IMG/VR virus record: IMGVR_UViG_3300033489_000003
Span: 32,001-96,000 of that record
DNA length: 64,000 bases
Reading direction: 5' to 3' (one strand)
Source of the DNA: a virus
Shown here one piece after another: positions 37,449-48,591 of the stretch; position 1 is the stretch's first letter, and every line of letters begins with the position of its first letter. Below the pieces are notes generated by a model that saw nothing but the letters and a program-made list of their open reading frames with translations, was not told the origin of the DNA and did not search any database. A program made the position numbers and the translations under genes.

Positions 37449-38303
37449 CTACGCCGCAGCGTCACTCCCAAGTTCCAGCGCCATCGCCCACGGCGGCGCT
37501 TCGATCTCGATTATTCTGTCGGCGTACCCGCGCCACTTTCCAGAAGTCATGCAGAAGTTCCACGACTCGACCGCGCGATCCCACTTGCTCTGCCCGAGCT
37601 GTCGCATCGACCCACTCGGTCGCACCGGCGTAATGCAGTACGGCGGTTCAATCTCACAGAACAGGAAGACGAAGTCCGTGCGGCCGGCAAGATTCGGAAC
37701 GAGCTTCCCGAGCGCACTCGTGTATGCCGCCCACTGCACGTCATATCCATAGTCGATCATGTGCCGCTGGCAGACCTTCGGATTTGCCGACCGGATCGTT
37801 TTGACGTCGTAGATAGTTCCGCGATCGACGATGAGATGGTCCATCATCCCGCGGCACAGCACCTCGGCGCCGAATTGCGTCTTTTCTTCCCACGCGACCG
37901 CCACCTCAGAAGCTCCGTCGAACTTGACCCCGAGGTCGTCTAGCTGATCGCGCAACGCTTCCACGACCGTTTCGGCACCGTCGATGTCACCGCGCAGCAC
38001 CGGCACCTTGCCAATGAGATGCGCCGCGTCCCTGGCTTCGCGTGCCACCTTCGTCTTGAAGTCCTCCGCTTCGACGATCACGAGCCCCTTGCCGCATCCG
38101 AGCAAAAGCTCATGGATGAGCGACCCGGAATCGAGTGAGCGCGAATGCCGCGACGATGCGCCGCCGAGTTTCGGATGCGCGAGCCACGCATGCTTCGGTG
38201 ATGCCGAGATCAGCATGTTGGCGATGCTTGAACTGAGCGACGGAGTAGGCAGCGGGTCGGCGTGGTACTCCGCCGCTGTGCAGTTGAGAATGCGCGCGGT
38301 CAC
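37449..38303 (-). CDS. RecE/DUF3799-like PD-(D/E)XK exonuclease
   Basis: EYHAD...LSSS...SP, GSLIH..LL, RGMMD, DVKT, YGYDVQWAAY. Confidence 0.85.
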   Translation of the reverse strand: MTARILNCTAAEYHADPLPTPSLSSSIANMLISASPKHAWLAHPKLGGASSRHSRSLDSGSLIHELLLGCGKGLVIVEAEDFKTKVAREARDAAHLIGKVPVLRGDIDGAETVVEALRDQLDDLGVKFDGASEVAVAWEEKTQFGAEVLCRGMMDHLIVDRGTIYDVKTIRSANPKVCQRHMIDYGYDVQWAAYTSALGKLVPNLAGRTDFVFLFCEIEPPYCITPVRPSGSMRQLGQSKWDRAVESWNFCMTSGKWRGYADRIIEIEAPPWAMALELGSDAAA

Positions 38304-41300
38304 AGCTCCACCTCCGCAACCGGACTCGCCGACTCCACGAGCTCCACGCTGAACGAGCGCCCCTCGCGTCCGGTCAATTGATCCAGTTCCGCCTTCCGCA
38401 GCGGCAGCGTGAAACACCTGCCGTCGTACTCCATGAAGGCGCGGCCGTTTTTGATCTCAATCAAAGTTGCTTGGACGGTGATCACTTGGATGCCTCCAGC
38501 TCGATCTCGCTAAGCCTGTCTTGCCAGGTAAACCGATCGCCTTCATCAAACGTCACTAGCGCTTCGATCTCGATAAATCCGGCCGCGGCTAGGAGCTTGT
38601 TCGTCGCCTCTGGCTCATACGGAAACTCCGCCACCCACGCATCGTATTCCTCGGCCGTGCCGCGTGGCGTTCTCATGACACGGTTCACCCTGCCACGTTG
38701 CCACTCCCAGCCGACATCGACGGCGGGAACGCCGAAGATTCGCCGCGCCGCCTCTTCCTTCCTAGCCTCCCACGCTTCCAGCTCCGCACGGAGCGGCGGT
38801 AGATGTCGCAGCAGCAGCGCCTTCAGTTCCGCCACCGTCATCTTCTCAGGATGAGAGAACCACCGTTCGCTGTAATCGGAATACGATCCGCTGGTGAATC
38901 GATATAGGTTCACGATGCCGCGATCTCCTCGTTTATCCTGTCCGAAAGCTCAAGCACCGCGTCCAACCTGTTGCAAAGCATCGCCTGCCGGTGCTGCGCC
39001 ACGAGCGCCTTCTGTAGCGCGCGCTCCGCGATGTCGTCGGCCCCGTTGACCATCGTCGCTTCGCTGAGACGCTTGACGACGTAGCGGAGTCGAAGCAGCT
39101 CGCGGCGCGCGTCTAGCAGCTTCAGCGCGAACTCTTGGTCGGACGGCGGGCGGGTGGTCATGGTAGTACCAGGGTCGCTTTGGTTTGCAGGACGGCGGCG
39201 TGAAACTGCCTAATGGCGCCGCGAAAGTCCTCCATTTGAACAATCGCAAGCCGCACCTTCTTGCGCTGGCGTTGCAGGCGGCGGCGCTTGTGACGCATCA
39301 AAACGCCACGTCGTCCTGCGTCTCAGCCTTGAGCGCAGATGCCTTCTTGGGGGTCTCGTCCTTCGACGCATCCGGCAGGCCAATCGCCCGCCCGGTCCAC
39401 TGCGACGCTTCCTCTATCTGGTCACGCGGAAACGCCTTAAGCAAGAACTTGGCAGCTATGGCGCCGTCGCCAGCGGTCGCTACGTACTCGTCGTACGTCT
39501 TTACGATGCGCCGCATTGCGGCGTCTCGGTCGCGGCAACGGCGCCAATCGGTCCACATGTCGACAAGCGCCTCCTCCTGTGCCCGGACCGCCTTATCGTG
39601 CTCCTCGCGGCGCTTGTCGTTAGACGCCGAGATCTCCGCAGCGCGCTTCACGGTCGTCAGAACTGCGCTGCTCTCTTCCTCGGATCGAAGCTTCTGCGCG
39701 CTGACCGTCGCGTCTTTGCCAAACGCCTTCGCTGACTCGATCGGCGTGCGTCCGCCGTGGTAGTTGGTTTCGACGATCACAGGATCGAGCGCCAAGAACT
39801 TCATGGCGTCTTCCGAAGAGCGGAAGGCGATGTCGAGCTTGTGCCAGGTGTCGCGGCTGACGCGGTAGAACGAAAGCGATGGCTCCGGTACTTCCGGCAC
39901 GGCTTCGAGCTCCAACGTCGACGTGCGGAGAACGCCTTTAGCCATCAGCTCGTACTCGGCGAACCGATCGACCTGTTCTTGCGTGAGTGCCGCGCGCTCT
40001 TCTTCGGGCAGCTCCCAGTAGTCTTTCGTGTTCATTGTCCCTCAGCCCCTTCCTGCGGTCCATCGCTGTCCCGCTCCAACACGACGGCGCCAGCCCTGAC
40101 CTTTGCTTCCGCCGCGATCAATGCATCGACCACAATCCGCCGGTCATTCTCGTCGGCGGTGCCACGCATCCAGCGTTCGACCGCGGCATCCGCCTCAGCG
40201 TCCGAGTACATGCGCAGCCGCGTCTCGTGCACCAGCAGCGACACGATCGACCCGTCTTTCTTCTTCCCCTTTCCACCAATCATCCGCAACATCTCATCCT
40301 CCTATTTGCAAACGTGCTCCCGATACCGCGCCCACCCTTCGTGAAACCGCTCTTCGTACTTTGCTGCCATCGGTTGTCGGTGCCGGTCCAGTTCCAGCAC
40401 GTACGCGCCGTCATCGGCCGCCGCCCAGTCGAGCCGAATCGCCTTCTCGTCCGTGCCGATCACGATGCACGTCGCCACGCCGCAACATTTTCCGTTGCAG
40501 TACGAGCGCCCAAACGACGTATGGGGCAGGACTGGCGGCGGCGGCTTGATGTCGGGAACGTTCGCGTAGTACGACGCGCGGTCGCCGCCACCGCCGGGCA
40601 GATCGGCCCATTCGCCGGGGAAGTATTGGCGTTGGCTGGTCATCCGGTTCACCAGTCCTGGCACATTGCCTCGCCCTTTTCGGCGAGCGCTGCGCGGTTC
40701 GACCGCATCCAATCGAAGTCTTTGCGGCGACCGACGACGCTAAGCGATTCGCCTCCGACGTAGAGCGTAAAGGCTTTCCAATAGCGGCCACCCGCCGCCT
40801 TGAGTTTCTCGCGCATCGTCACCGCAGCTCGCTCCGCCGACAGCGCGTTCGACGCGCAGACCTGCGCGGGCGTGTACGGTCCGAGTCGGTCGGCCTTCAA
40901 TTGAAACAGCCCGAATGCCGTCGGTCTGCCATGCTTGTCGGAATCGCATTCGCGTCTGCGCGAGACCGGGTCTACCCTCGGGCACTGGCAAGTCTCGATC
41001 TCGTGGCGAAAGTTAGATTCCCACTTAGCATTTGCTACCATCGCGAAACCCAAGGGGAGCTCGTCTTCCTCTATGGCGTTGTCGATGTCGATCGCGTACC
41101 GCGCCACCGTCTCGTTCGGCAGGTTCGGCGCTGACCACGCGATGGCGGCTGCGATGATGTGGGCCGAGCTCATGTGTGAGTCTCCTTCAATGCGTCGATC
41201 AACCGACATTCAAGTTCGGTTAGTTCGTCAGCTTCAATAACTGTCAACTTCGCCGACTCGCGCTCTGCCCAGAAGCCCATGACGCCACGCGCCGCCTCTG

Positions 41301-44300
41301 CGAGTTCACTGTGTGAGGCGCGAAGTCGGTCGACCTCGACCAGAAGCGCAGCGCGGTGGCGACCGGCGACGGTATCCATGCGGCCTCGCGCCCATTCGGC
41401 GGCGTCGAGACGAATAAGATTCAGTTCTGCGGCCTTCATCGCCCACCTCGCGCGAACGCGATCCGCGCCAGGATGCACAAGTATCCCTCCCACTCCGTCG
41501 CCGCATCCAACGTGATGCCAGCCGCCTCAGCGAGTGCGCCATGCCCGTCGGGTAGCCGCACGCCAATCACGTCGTCGCCGTTATGAACGACGACGCATTC
41601 CGCGAAGATGGCGCCTCCGCTCTTCGACGGGAGCTCGATTCTGACGGCAGTGCGATCGGCTTCGGAGTGCGCCCGGTGGATCTCATCCGCGCGCCGCAAG
41701 ATGCTATCGGTGATGTGCCTGGGAACTAGGCGTCGAGCCGCTACAACGTCCGGCGTACCGAGCGATGAGCGCGCGATCAGGTCGTCGATCTCGTCCAATT
41801 CATGGATGATCATTTGCCCTCGGCTTTCGCAATCAACACGTCGATGCTGTGCAGTCGCTTGACGATGCGCGCCAGCGCCTCGGTTGAGATGTTGCGGTCG
41901 TAGTCGGCGATAAAGTCGCGCGCGGCCTTGAGTTCGGCGAGCACGCTCGACGCGTAGGCGAAGAGCCTGGCCTCGTCGTCCGAGAAGATGGCCAGGCGTT
42001 CGTCGTCATAGGAAATCATCGGTCGCTCCTGTGCTTGGGGCAGTAGTCACGAACCAATTCTTGCCCGATGACATCGCCCACCCTTGGCGGCGCCGAATAT
42101 CCGGCCACCTGCCATCCCATCTCTCTGGCGTAGCGCATTGCCTCATCCTGAGATGGCGCGGTCGGCGTGTGGCCCCCACAATCGCGCTGATCGCACCGAA
42201 GCTGCAACACTCTCGATTCAATGCTTGCGATGCTCATGTGCAGTTGACCTCTTTCAACGCGTCTCGCAGTGCTTGCTGTGCGAGCTCAACCCGCTTAAGT
42301 TTCCAGTCAGCCCAACCGCCGCGCTTCGCTTCGATGAGCGTCGCGTCGATCACTCCTTGCGCAAGTTCGCAGGCGCGCTTCAGGAGCTCGACGTGACGCT
42401 CCAGCCGCCGGACCTGCGCCCACGCTTCCTTGTCATCGGGTGACCAGTTGTTGGGTCTCATAACTGCCACCACCTTTCCCGCGACAGTTCTGCCGAATGC
42501 AGGTTGCCAAGGCAGCAAACACGCGCTCGCTTTTCGCCATGAGCCCGACAAAAATCCACCTCGAATTGCGCGGCCTCACGACTGTCGTACAGGTTGCCAG
42601 TGGTATCGATGTCGCCGTCGCAAATACAGACAGCGTAGACCTTCTGTTTAGCGGCAAGCCGATACTGCCATGTGATGATGTCGCTCGGCTTCATGGGCCC
42701 GGTCATCGCTTCCAACTTTCTTCCGCAATCTTGTCTTGTAATGTCAGCTTTGCTTCCAAGTCGCGCTCCCGCTTGCGCAGACGATCGACTTCGTTCAGAA
42801 GCATACGGGCCTTCCCGATGTCAGAAGCTGGCCCGCAGTAGTCCGGGTCGTGGACCCAGGACCGGAGTCGCTGCAAATCCTCCTCCGTCATCGGATCAGC
42901 GCGCTCATCAGTGCGCATTAGGCTCCACTCTTCACCGCAACCAGGGCACACGACTTCGTCGCCGACGCTAGCGCTCTCATGCGTCTGCGATTCGTCGCAA
43001 TGCGGACACCTGAGATCCTCGGCCGCCGCCAGTGGCGACGTCAGGACTTCCAGCTCCGACGCCTCTTGCGTAGTCACGATCAATAGAACGCGCCCGTCCT
43101 CAAGATCAATTCGTCCGCGATTCTTCACGTGTCCGCAGCAGCACGCGACCGTAGCGACACCGCCGGCATTGAGCGCGGCTACGATATGGTGGATGCAACG
43201 GTCGATGGACCGTACGCGCCCGCCAAGCGGCAGCTGCACGACGTCCGTGTAGGCGCCGAGTTCACCGCACATGGTGGCTCTCCCTGGGAAGTGCAGCGAT
43301 TGTTTCGCGCAGCGTAGCCGCTGCCTTTTCCAGCTCGGCGGCGTATTGGCACATTCGCTTCCGCCAAAACTCGACCGGCGACCCCTGGGCAACGGCGCGT
43401 TCACAGCGCGCCGCTTCGCGCCTTGCCGTGCGAACAACGGATTCGTAGCAGCGCTCGCTGAGAGAATCTTCAAGCTCAATGGTCATTCTGACCTCCGCTC
43501 CTTCGGCTTCAGCGCGCGGATTGCCGCGGCGTGCACGGCGCAAGCTTCCTCGCCGCCAGTGCCAGGGTGCCACTGCGATGCGTCGGCCTCGACCATCAGA
43601 GCGGCGAACTCTAGAGCGTGCCTAGAGCCGCGCTCGTACCAATGCCTGGCCATCGTATCCGCCGTGCCGCCGCAATTGATGCAGCGGTGCGTGCCGCCGA
43701 ATTTCTTCTCAGGATCGACAGCCTCGAACGTGTGTCGCTCGCAGCCGTCGAGCTTGCGGCCATTGGCTTTCACTTCTTCCCAAAGCCCGACCATCTCCTC
43801 GCGCGACATCACGACTTCACCTCGTCGGCGCACCTTACGTAGCGGACAACGCTAGCGTCACTCGGGACCGACGAGTGAACGCGTGTCGGTTCGTCTAACG
43901 ACACTTGCCACGGCCCGGAAGTGCGCGCGCTCATCGCGCGGCTCCCCGCGGCGGATCCTCGTCGTCGGCCGGCGCATCCATCTCCTGCCGTGCCGCTAGC
44001 TCTTCGACCGTCAGCAGCACAACCCGCTCCGTCGTCCCCATCCACGATGCGAGTTCCACAACGTCGAGATCGCCGGGCCGCGTCCACAGCGACGCCTTAC
44101 CGTCTTCGTCAATGTCGGCCGTGACCTGTAGCTCGCCGTCGTTGGCGCCGTAGAGCGTGACGGTTGCGACGCGATTCACGACTGCCTCCGCGGCATCGGC
44201 ATCGCAATCTCAGTCGCCAGTTGCCGCGCGTCCGATAGCACCGCGCGAGCCGTCGACGTGTCGCCGTGCTTGGCCGCCAGCGTGGCGTTGTGGATGCGTA

Positions 44301-45072
44301 GAGCTGTGGTGGAGTTGTACTCGCGGACGGTCTTGTTCTTCAGCATGGGTTCCCCTCGGTTTCGACTTTCGTTACGTGATGCGCGGACGTCGTCCGCTAG
44401 TTCAATGAGCAAGCTGCGCAGCGTGATCGCGACCAGCATGAGCAAGCACGCGCAAGCTGCCAGCGTGTTGACGGCGGCGCGGATGGCTAGGTCGCGGGGG
44501 TTCATCGCACCCTCTCGACGCTGACGACCATGCTGGACATGCCGACCTTGAGCACGTTGCCGACGCGCATCGCTTGGAGTTCGACTTCCGCTTGGCCGCC
44601 GCGGTCGAAGTGTTGTCCGCACGCTGCCAAGAAGACCGCCAGCGGAACTTCCGCCACCGTCTCAAGAGACGGCATTGTCCAGCGAACAACGGCGCTCATG
44701 CCGCCCTCACGGCCAGCGCGAACGTGCGCGGCGTGGTATGGCAATCTGCATTGCAGTTCACGAGCACCATCGCGGGCGCCTCGCCCGCCGCCAACGCCAT
44801 CCCGTCCTCGTTCGCCGGGACGCCGGTCGACGGGAGGAGCGCGCCGCAGTCGCAGGCGGTCGTTACGCCGGCGAGCGCTTGCGGGCCACGCGCAACTCGG
44901 CTCGGATCATGTTGCGAAATGCCATTCGCTTTTCCCGCAGCTTCGACACGGTCGACCAGACCTTGTCCGCCACCTTGTCCTCGTAGCTCTCGTCGCGCGC
45001 ATCGAAGTCCCGGGTGTTGGACAGCACGATCTTCGAATAGTCGTCCCAGAGTCTCGTCAGGTACTTCGGCAT
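38300..45072 (-). other. Cluster of small early genes
   Basis: Tightly coupled hypothetical ORFs starting with 44863-45072 (MPKYLTRL...). Confidence 0.5.
40649..41173 (-). CDS. Lytic transglycosylase (SLT)-like protein
   Basis: WESNF catalytic Glu; AFGLFQL; C-terminal Y.GG. Confidence 0.6.
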   Translation of the reverse strand: MSSAHIIAAAIAWSAPNLPNETVARYAIDIDNAIEEDELPLGFAMVANAKWESNFRHEIETCQCPRVDPVSRRRECDSDKHGRPTAFGLFQLKADRLGPYTPAQVCASNALSAERAAVTMREKLKAAGGRYWKAFTLYVGGESLSVVGRRKDFDWMRSNRAALAEKGEAMCQDW

Positions 45073-45100
45073 GGCTCCCGTCTCCGATGAACATGATCGG

Positions 45101-45143
45101 AGTCTACGGTCTATTAAGACCGGTGTCAATAAGACCGGTCTAA
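45101..45143 (-). promoter_or_regulatory. Early leftward promoter with tandem operators
   Basis: TTGACA-17 nt-TAGACT; TAAGACCGGT repeated at 45115 and 45130. Confidence 0.8.
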
Positions 45144-45611
45144 TTATTTTCTCATGAACCGTAACCCAGCGGGGCAAGGTCGGATTCCAGAGCGCGGCCC
45201 CGGCCTCCCTCTCGTTAGGGCATCCATTACCCAAGCCGGGACGGGCACCGCCGGTTCGACGCCGTCTTCGGCGCGATGCTCGAGAATCGGATCGGGCGCC
45301 GCAAGGGCGAATGCTAGCCGCAGCACATCCGCGCCGGAGTCTTTCAGATGTGTCGGCAGAGCGGACCTTGCAATCGCGGCAAACGCCACCAGCTCACCTA
45401 GGGCAGCGTCCGTCTTACGTACCGGCGGCAGGTCAATCCCGAGCGCGCGCGCAAGCGTGGTCGGTGAACACGGTGGGACGATGCGCGCGTTTACGTACAG
45501 CGACGCGACGATGCGCGCACGTCGGGCATTGCCGAACATGGGCGTCGCGGCCATCCAACGTCGGACGGCACCTTCTGTGAAGGTATTCCCCACCTCATTG
45601 ACTAATGTCAC
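45144..45611 (-). CDS. Hypothetical protein downstream of the repressor
   Basis: 'P...LARALGI' is reminiscent of the ImmA/IrrE N-terminus, but there is no HEXXH. Confidence 0.35.
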   Translation of the reverse strand: MTLVNEVGNTFTEGAVRRWMAATPMFGNARRARIVASLYVNARIVPPCSPTTLARALGIDLPPVRKTDAALGELVAFAAIARSALPTHLKDSGADVLRLAFALAAPDPILEHRAEDGVEPAVPVPAWVMDALTRGRPGPRSGIRPCPAGLRFMRK

Positions 45612-45762
45612 AGCCCGATGTCATCGTAAAGAAGTAGGAGCGACCTGGCCAGTCGATTCCTGCCGACGGGCAAAGTTTTACTGCGGATCGGTCGCATCCG
45701 ACCAAGCGGTTGCCCTGTCGTGTTTCGCTATCGGGCCAAACTGTCACGCTTCGCCAGCGTTA

Positions 45763-46362
45763 CTATTTGCTGCCCATCTTTGCGCTCGATGGTGAGTGTG
45801 GCGGGATCGTTGGTCGCAACAGCCGCTGCGCTTCGCGCCGCATCTCTTCTGTCGCGACTTGCTTCCACAGCCAGGCGACGATCGTAACGAACCGCGGCGT
45901 CACGTCTACTGGCACGCCGAACGCCGGCCAGTTGCGCGCGCCTGAGAAATCGATCGGCGTCAGCCCGCTGTCCGTCGACGCCGCGATTTCTGCGGCTTCC
46001 TTTTCTGAGACATCCCAACCGCGCAACTCACCAAACCGCAGCGCCTCGGTCGCGAGCTCCGGGTCGACAAGCCGAACGGTCTGTCGACGGAGAAGATCGT
46101 CCAGCGAAATCCGCCCGTCTAGGTAGTCGTTCAGCGCGAGCCTGTGCAGCTTCATTCCAGCAGCAAGACCACCGCGGATCTTCTCGGTCGTTGCCTGGTT
46201 GAGCCCCGTGCAGACCTTGTTGACGTCGTTGCGAGTCAAGCTGCGACCAGCTGCCACGGCCGCGAGCGCGACACTTTCTTGCGTCATGCCTAGTCGATCA
46301 AGAAGCGCCTGCACGCGAGCGGCACTTTCCGGTGGTTTCTTCAGCCCTTTTCGCCTGTCCAT
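45763..46362 (-). CDS. cI-like XRE HTH repressor
   Basis: RVQALLDRLGMTQESVA...RNDVNKVCTG; divergent from the cro-like gene. Confidence 0.75.
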   Translation of the reverse strand: MDRRKGLKKPPESAARVQALLDRLGMTQESVALAAVAAGRSLTRNDVNKVCTGLNQATTEKIRGGLAAGMKLHRLALNDYLDGRISLDDLLRRQTVRLVDPELATEALRFGELRGWDVSEKEAAEIAASTDSGLTPIDFSGARNWPAFGVPVDVTPRFVTIVAWLWKQVATEEMRREAQRLLRPTIPPHSPSSAKMGSK

Positions 46363-46430
46363 GAGCCCGACGCTAGCGCCTAACACACCGGTGTAAATGG
46401 GGGCTCGTGTGTCGAAATGCACCGGTCGGT

Positions 46431-46459
46431 TTGACACGGTCGATAAAGCGACATATAAA
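46431..46459 (+). promoter_or_regulatory. Rightward (cro) promoter
   Basis: TTGACA-17 nt-TATAAA; upstream ACCGGT palindromic cores at about 46388 and 46421. Confidence 0.75.
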
Positions 46460-46486
46460 GGTCCGGAGAGGAAGGGTCGCCGTCTG

Positions 46487-46774
46487 ATGGCCAAGACGAG
46501 AGAGATTTTCATCACAGGCGGCGCTGAGGATCTCCGTGCATGGCTCGACGCACGCGGACTCAGCATCACCAGATTCTGCGATGAGCACGACCTCGATCGC
46601 ATCGAGGTGCAGCGCCACCTGCGAGGCTTGCGCGATCGCGTCTCTGTCGACTTTGCGGTCTCGATAAGAGACGCGACGAAAGGGTCTGTCAAGGTCGAGC
46701 GCTGGGCGCACTCGGAGGAGGTCCGCCGGAAACTGTTTGAGAGGCGAAGCCGCACACGACGAAAGGCGGCCTGA
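46487..46774 (+). CDS. Cro-like HTH protein
   Basis: LRAWLDARGLS...G.RD.VS...A..I..AT.G.V....W. Confidence 0.75.
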   Translation: MAKTREIFITGGAEDLRAWLDARGLSITRFCDEHDLDRIEVQRHLRGLRDRVSVDFAVSIRDATKGSVKVERWAHSEEVRRKLFERRSRTRRKAA

Positions 46775-46777
46775 CAG

Positions 46778-47335
46778 ATGTCGTTCGCCTGGCCAGCACG
46801 CTCGTTCGCGATTCTCGAGGCTGCTCTCGAGTGGGAGCACAACGAGCCCCTGCTGGCGCTCGCGCATTTCGCGATCAACCGCGTCAACGTCGAGCGGTTC
46901 GAGTCGTACGTGCTGCGCGGACCGGGATGTTGGGAGTGGCAAGGGCGAAGATTGCCGGCCGGCTACGGGATTCTCCAGTTTGATCGACGCATCTACTACG
47001 CACATCGCTTTGCTTGGATGCGGCTGAATGGTCCAATCACCAGCGATATACAGGTCTGTCACAAATGCGACAACCCGCCATGCTGCCGGGACGATCATCA
47101 CTTTCTCGGTACGGCCACTGAAAACGCACAGGACTCCGCATCGAAGGGCCGACGAACTGGCGCGCGGCTGAGCGCTGAAGAGCGCCGGACCATCTGCGAT
47201 CTTAGCATCGGCGCCAACTCCTCTCGCCTTATCGAGATAGCTGCCGAGTTCGGTGTCTCGTACACGACGGTAGCGGCGTATGCGAAGGGCCGAAGAGATC
47301 CAACCATCAGGACCCGTGCCGGAGAAGCCGCATGA
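46778..47335 (+). CDS. HNH endonuclease with C-terminal HTH
   Basis: CWEWQG..GYG..AHRFAW..VCHKCDNPPC..H..LGT..EN. Confidence 0.9.
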   Translation: MSFAWPARSFAILEAALEWEHNEPLLALAHFAINRVNVERFESYVLRGPGCWEWQGRRLPAGYGILQFDRRIYYAHRFAWMRLNGPITSDIQVCHKCDNPPCCRDDHHFLGTATENAQDSASKGRRTGARLSAEERRTICDLSIGANSSRLIEIAAEFGVSYTTVAAYAKGRRDPTIRTRAGEAA

Positions 47336-47538
47336 CCCCCACCCTCCACCCGAAAGCCACCGCCCATGCGCACGCTGCGATGCCGGTACTACGAGCACGT
47401 CGACACAGTCCGGTGGTGCGGCTTCGTGGAGCCGCCGAGTCGGCTGTGGGTCGGCTTTCTTGGTCCAGACGGCAAGCTGCGGATCTTCTACCGGCGCGAC
47501 CGGGAGACGGGCGCGGTGCCGTTGGAGCTGCCGGCGAC

Positions 47539-47742
47539 CTAGCGCTTCTTGGGCGGCACGGACTTGGGCGGGGCGGGCTCGCGCTGCCACGCGACGGCGG
47601 CGCCGCACATGCCGGCTTCGGTCCGCTCGGTGCACGGTGGGTAGAGCTCGTTTTGCGCGAGCAAGATTCGGTTCGTGTGATTTCGGCTGCAAACGCAGCG
47701 ATAAACGCCGGTGTTCGGAACTGTCTCGCCGGTTGTTCCCAT
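47539..47742 (-). CDS. YjzC-like Zn-ribbon protein (antisense)
   Basis: TGETVPNTGVYRC.C...E.YPPC...C....W; RBS GGAGA. Confidence 0.5.
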   Translation of the reverse strand: MGTTGETVPNTGVYRCVCSRNHTNRILLAQNELYPPCTERTEAGMCGAAVAWQREPAPPKSVPPKKR

Positions 47743-48591
47743 TCTGATCTCCGTAAGCTGCCTTCTTTGGCAGGGTCGGCATGGTCGCCTGGGTCGCGGC
47801 GGACCGCAAGGGTGGGCCATGCGGCATAGCAGCGCCCCCGCCCGCCCGATCAGCCGCGTTGCGGAAACGGCCCGTCCGCCCGCAAGCGCCGCCCGCGTGC
47901 GTATTCCGCAGCTGAGACCGCTGCGCGGTCTCTCGATTGCGGAGCGGCACGAGGCGGAGCCGTTCGTGTGCCAGGCGTCGTGCGCGGAGAATGCGGATGC
48001 TGATTCGACCGTGCGCGTGCGGGTCGGGCCGCTGGAAGTCGTCGTGATGTTGTGCCGCTTGTGTGCGGCGAAGTTGCCGGCACGGCTCCGCGCTGTGCCG
48101 ATCAAGGAGCCCCGTTAGGTCATGCCCGCTGAGTCGTCGTCCACCAAAATCCCTACTGCACATCAGGTTCACAAGGGGGAACTTAGCCATCGCTTGTCTG
48201 TTCAGTCCACACTGAACGGACTTGGGTCACTTGCTCAAGGTACTGAACAGCGCCCCAAGCACATAGGGCTACGTCCGCATCCGTTGCCGCCGTCGCACGC
48301 GGTGTACGCGCCAACGGATCGCGACAGCACACGCGTGCTTCTGATGCCGAGCGGCAGGGTCGGCGTCATCTTCTCGCGCGACGCTGACGGCAATCGACCC
48401 ACGCAAAAGCTCGTCTCGTCGCTTGCGATTGCGGACACGATGGTGCGTGAGCACAAGGCGCGGAAGGTCATTGTCACGTTCGTCGCGTGGCTGGCGAACC
48501 TGATGCCGCGCGTAGGCGGCTCGTCGCCGCGCATCGATGTTGGCCGGTCTGGCATCAGGTCGAAACCGGGCGCGCGAAAGGCTGGCGCGCG

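Noticed and set aside
45664-45720. Fifth Y-like RNA downstream of the repressor
   Set aside because: Contains CTTTGCCCG, but the partner strand is GGGCAA without the conserved GYCG; better explained as a plain hairpin
46373-48190. 605-aa minus-strand ORF and similar long ORFs (27846-28733, 27871-28752, 29165-30082, 30958-31878)
   Set aside because: Arg/Ala-rich shadow frames of real genes or RNAs in high-GC DNA; no family motifs
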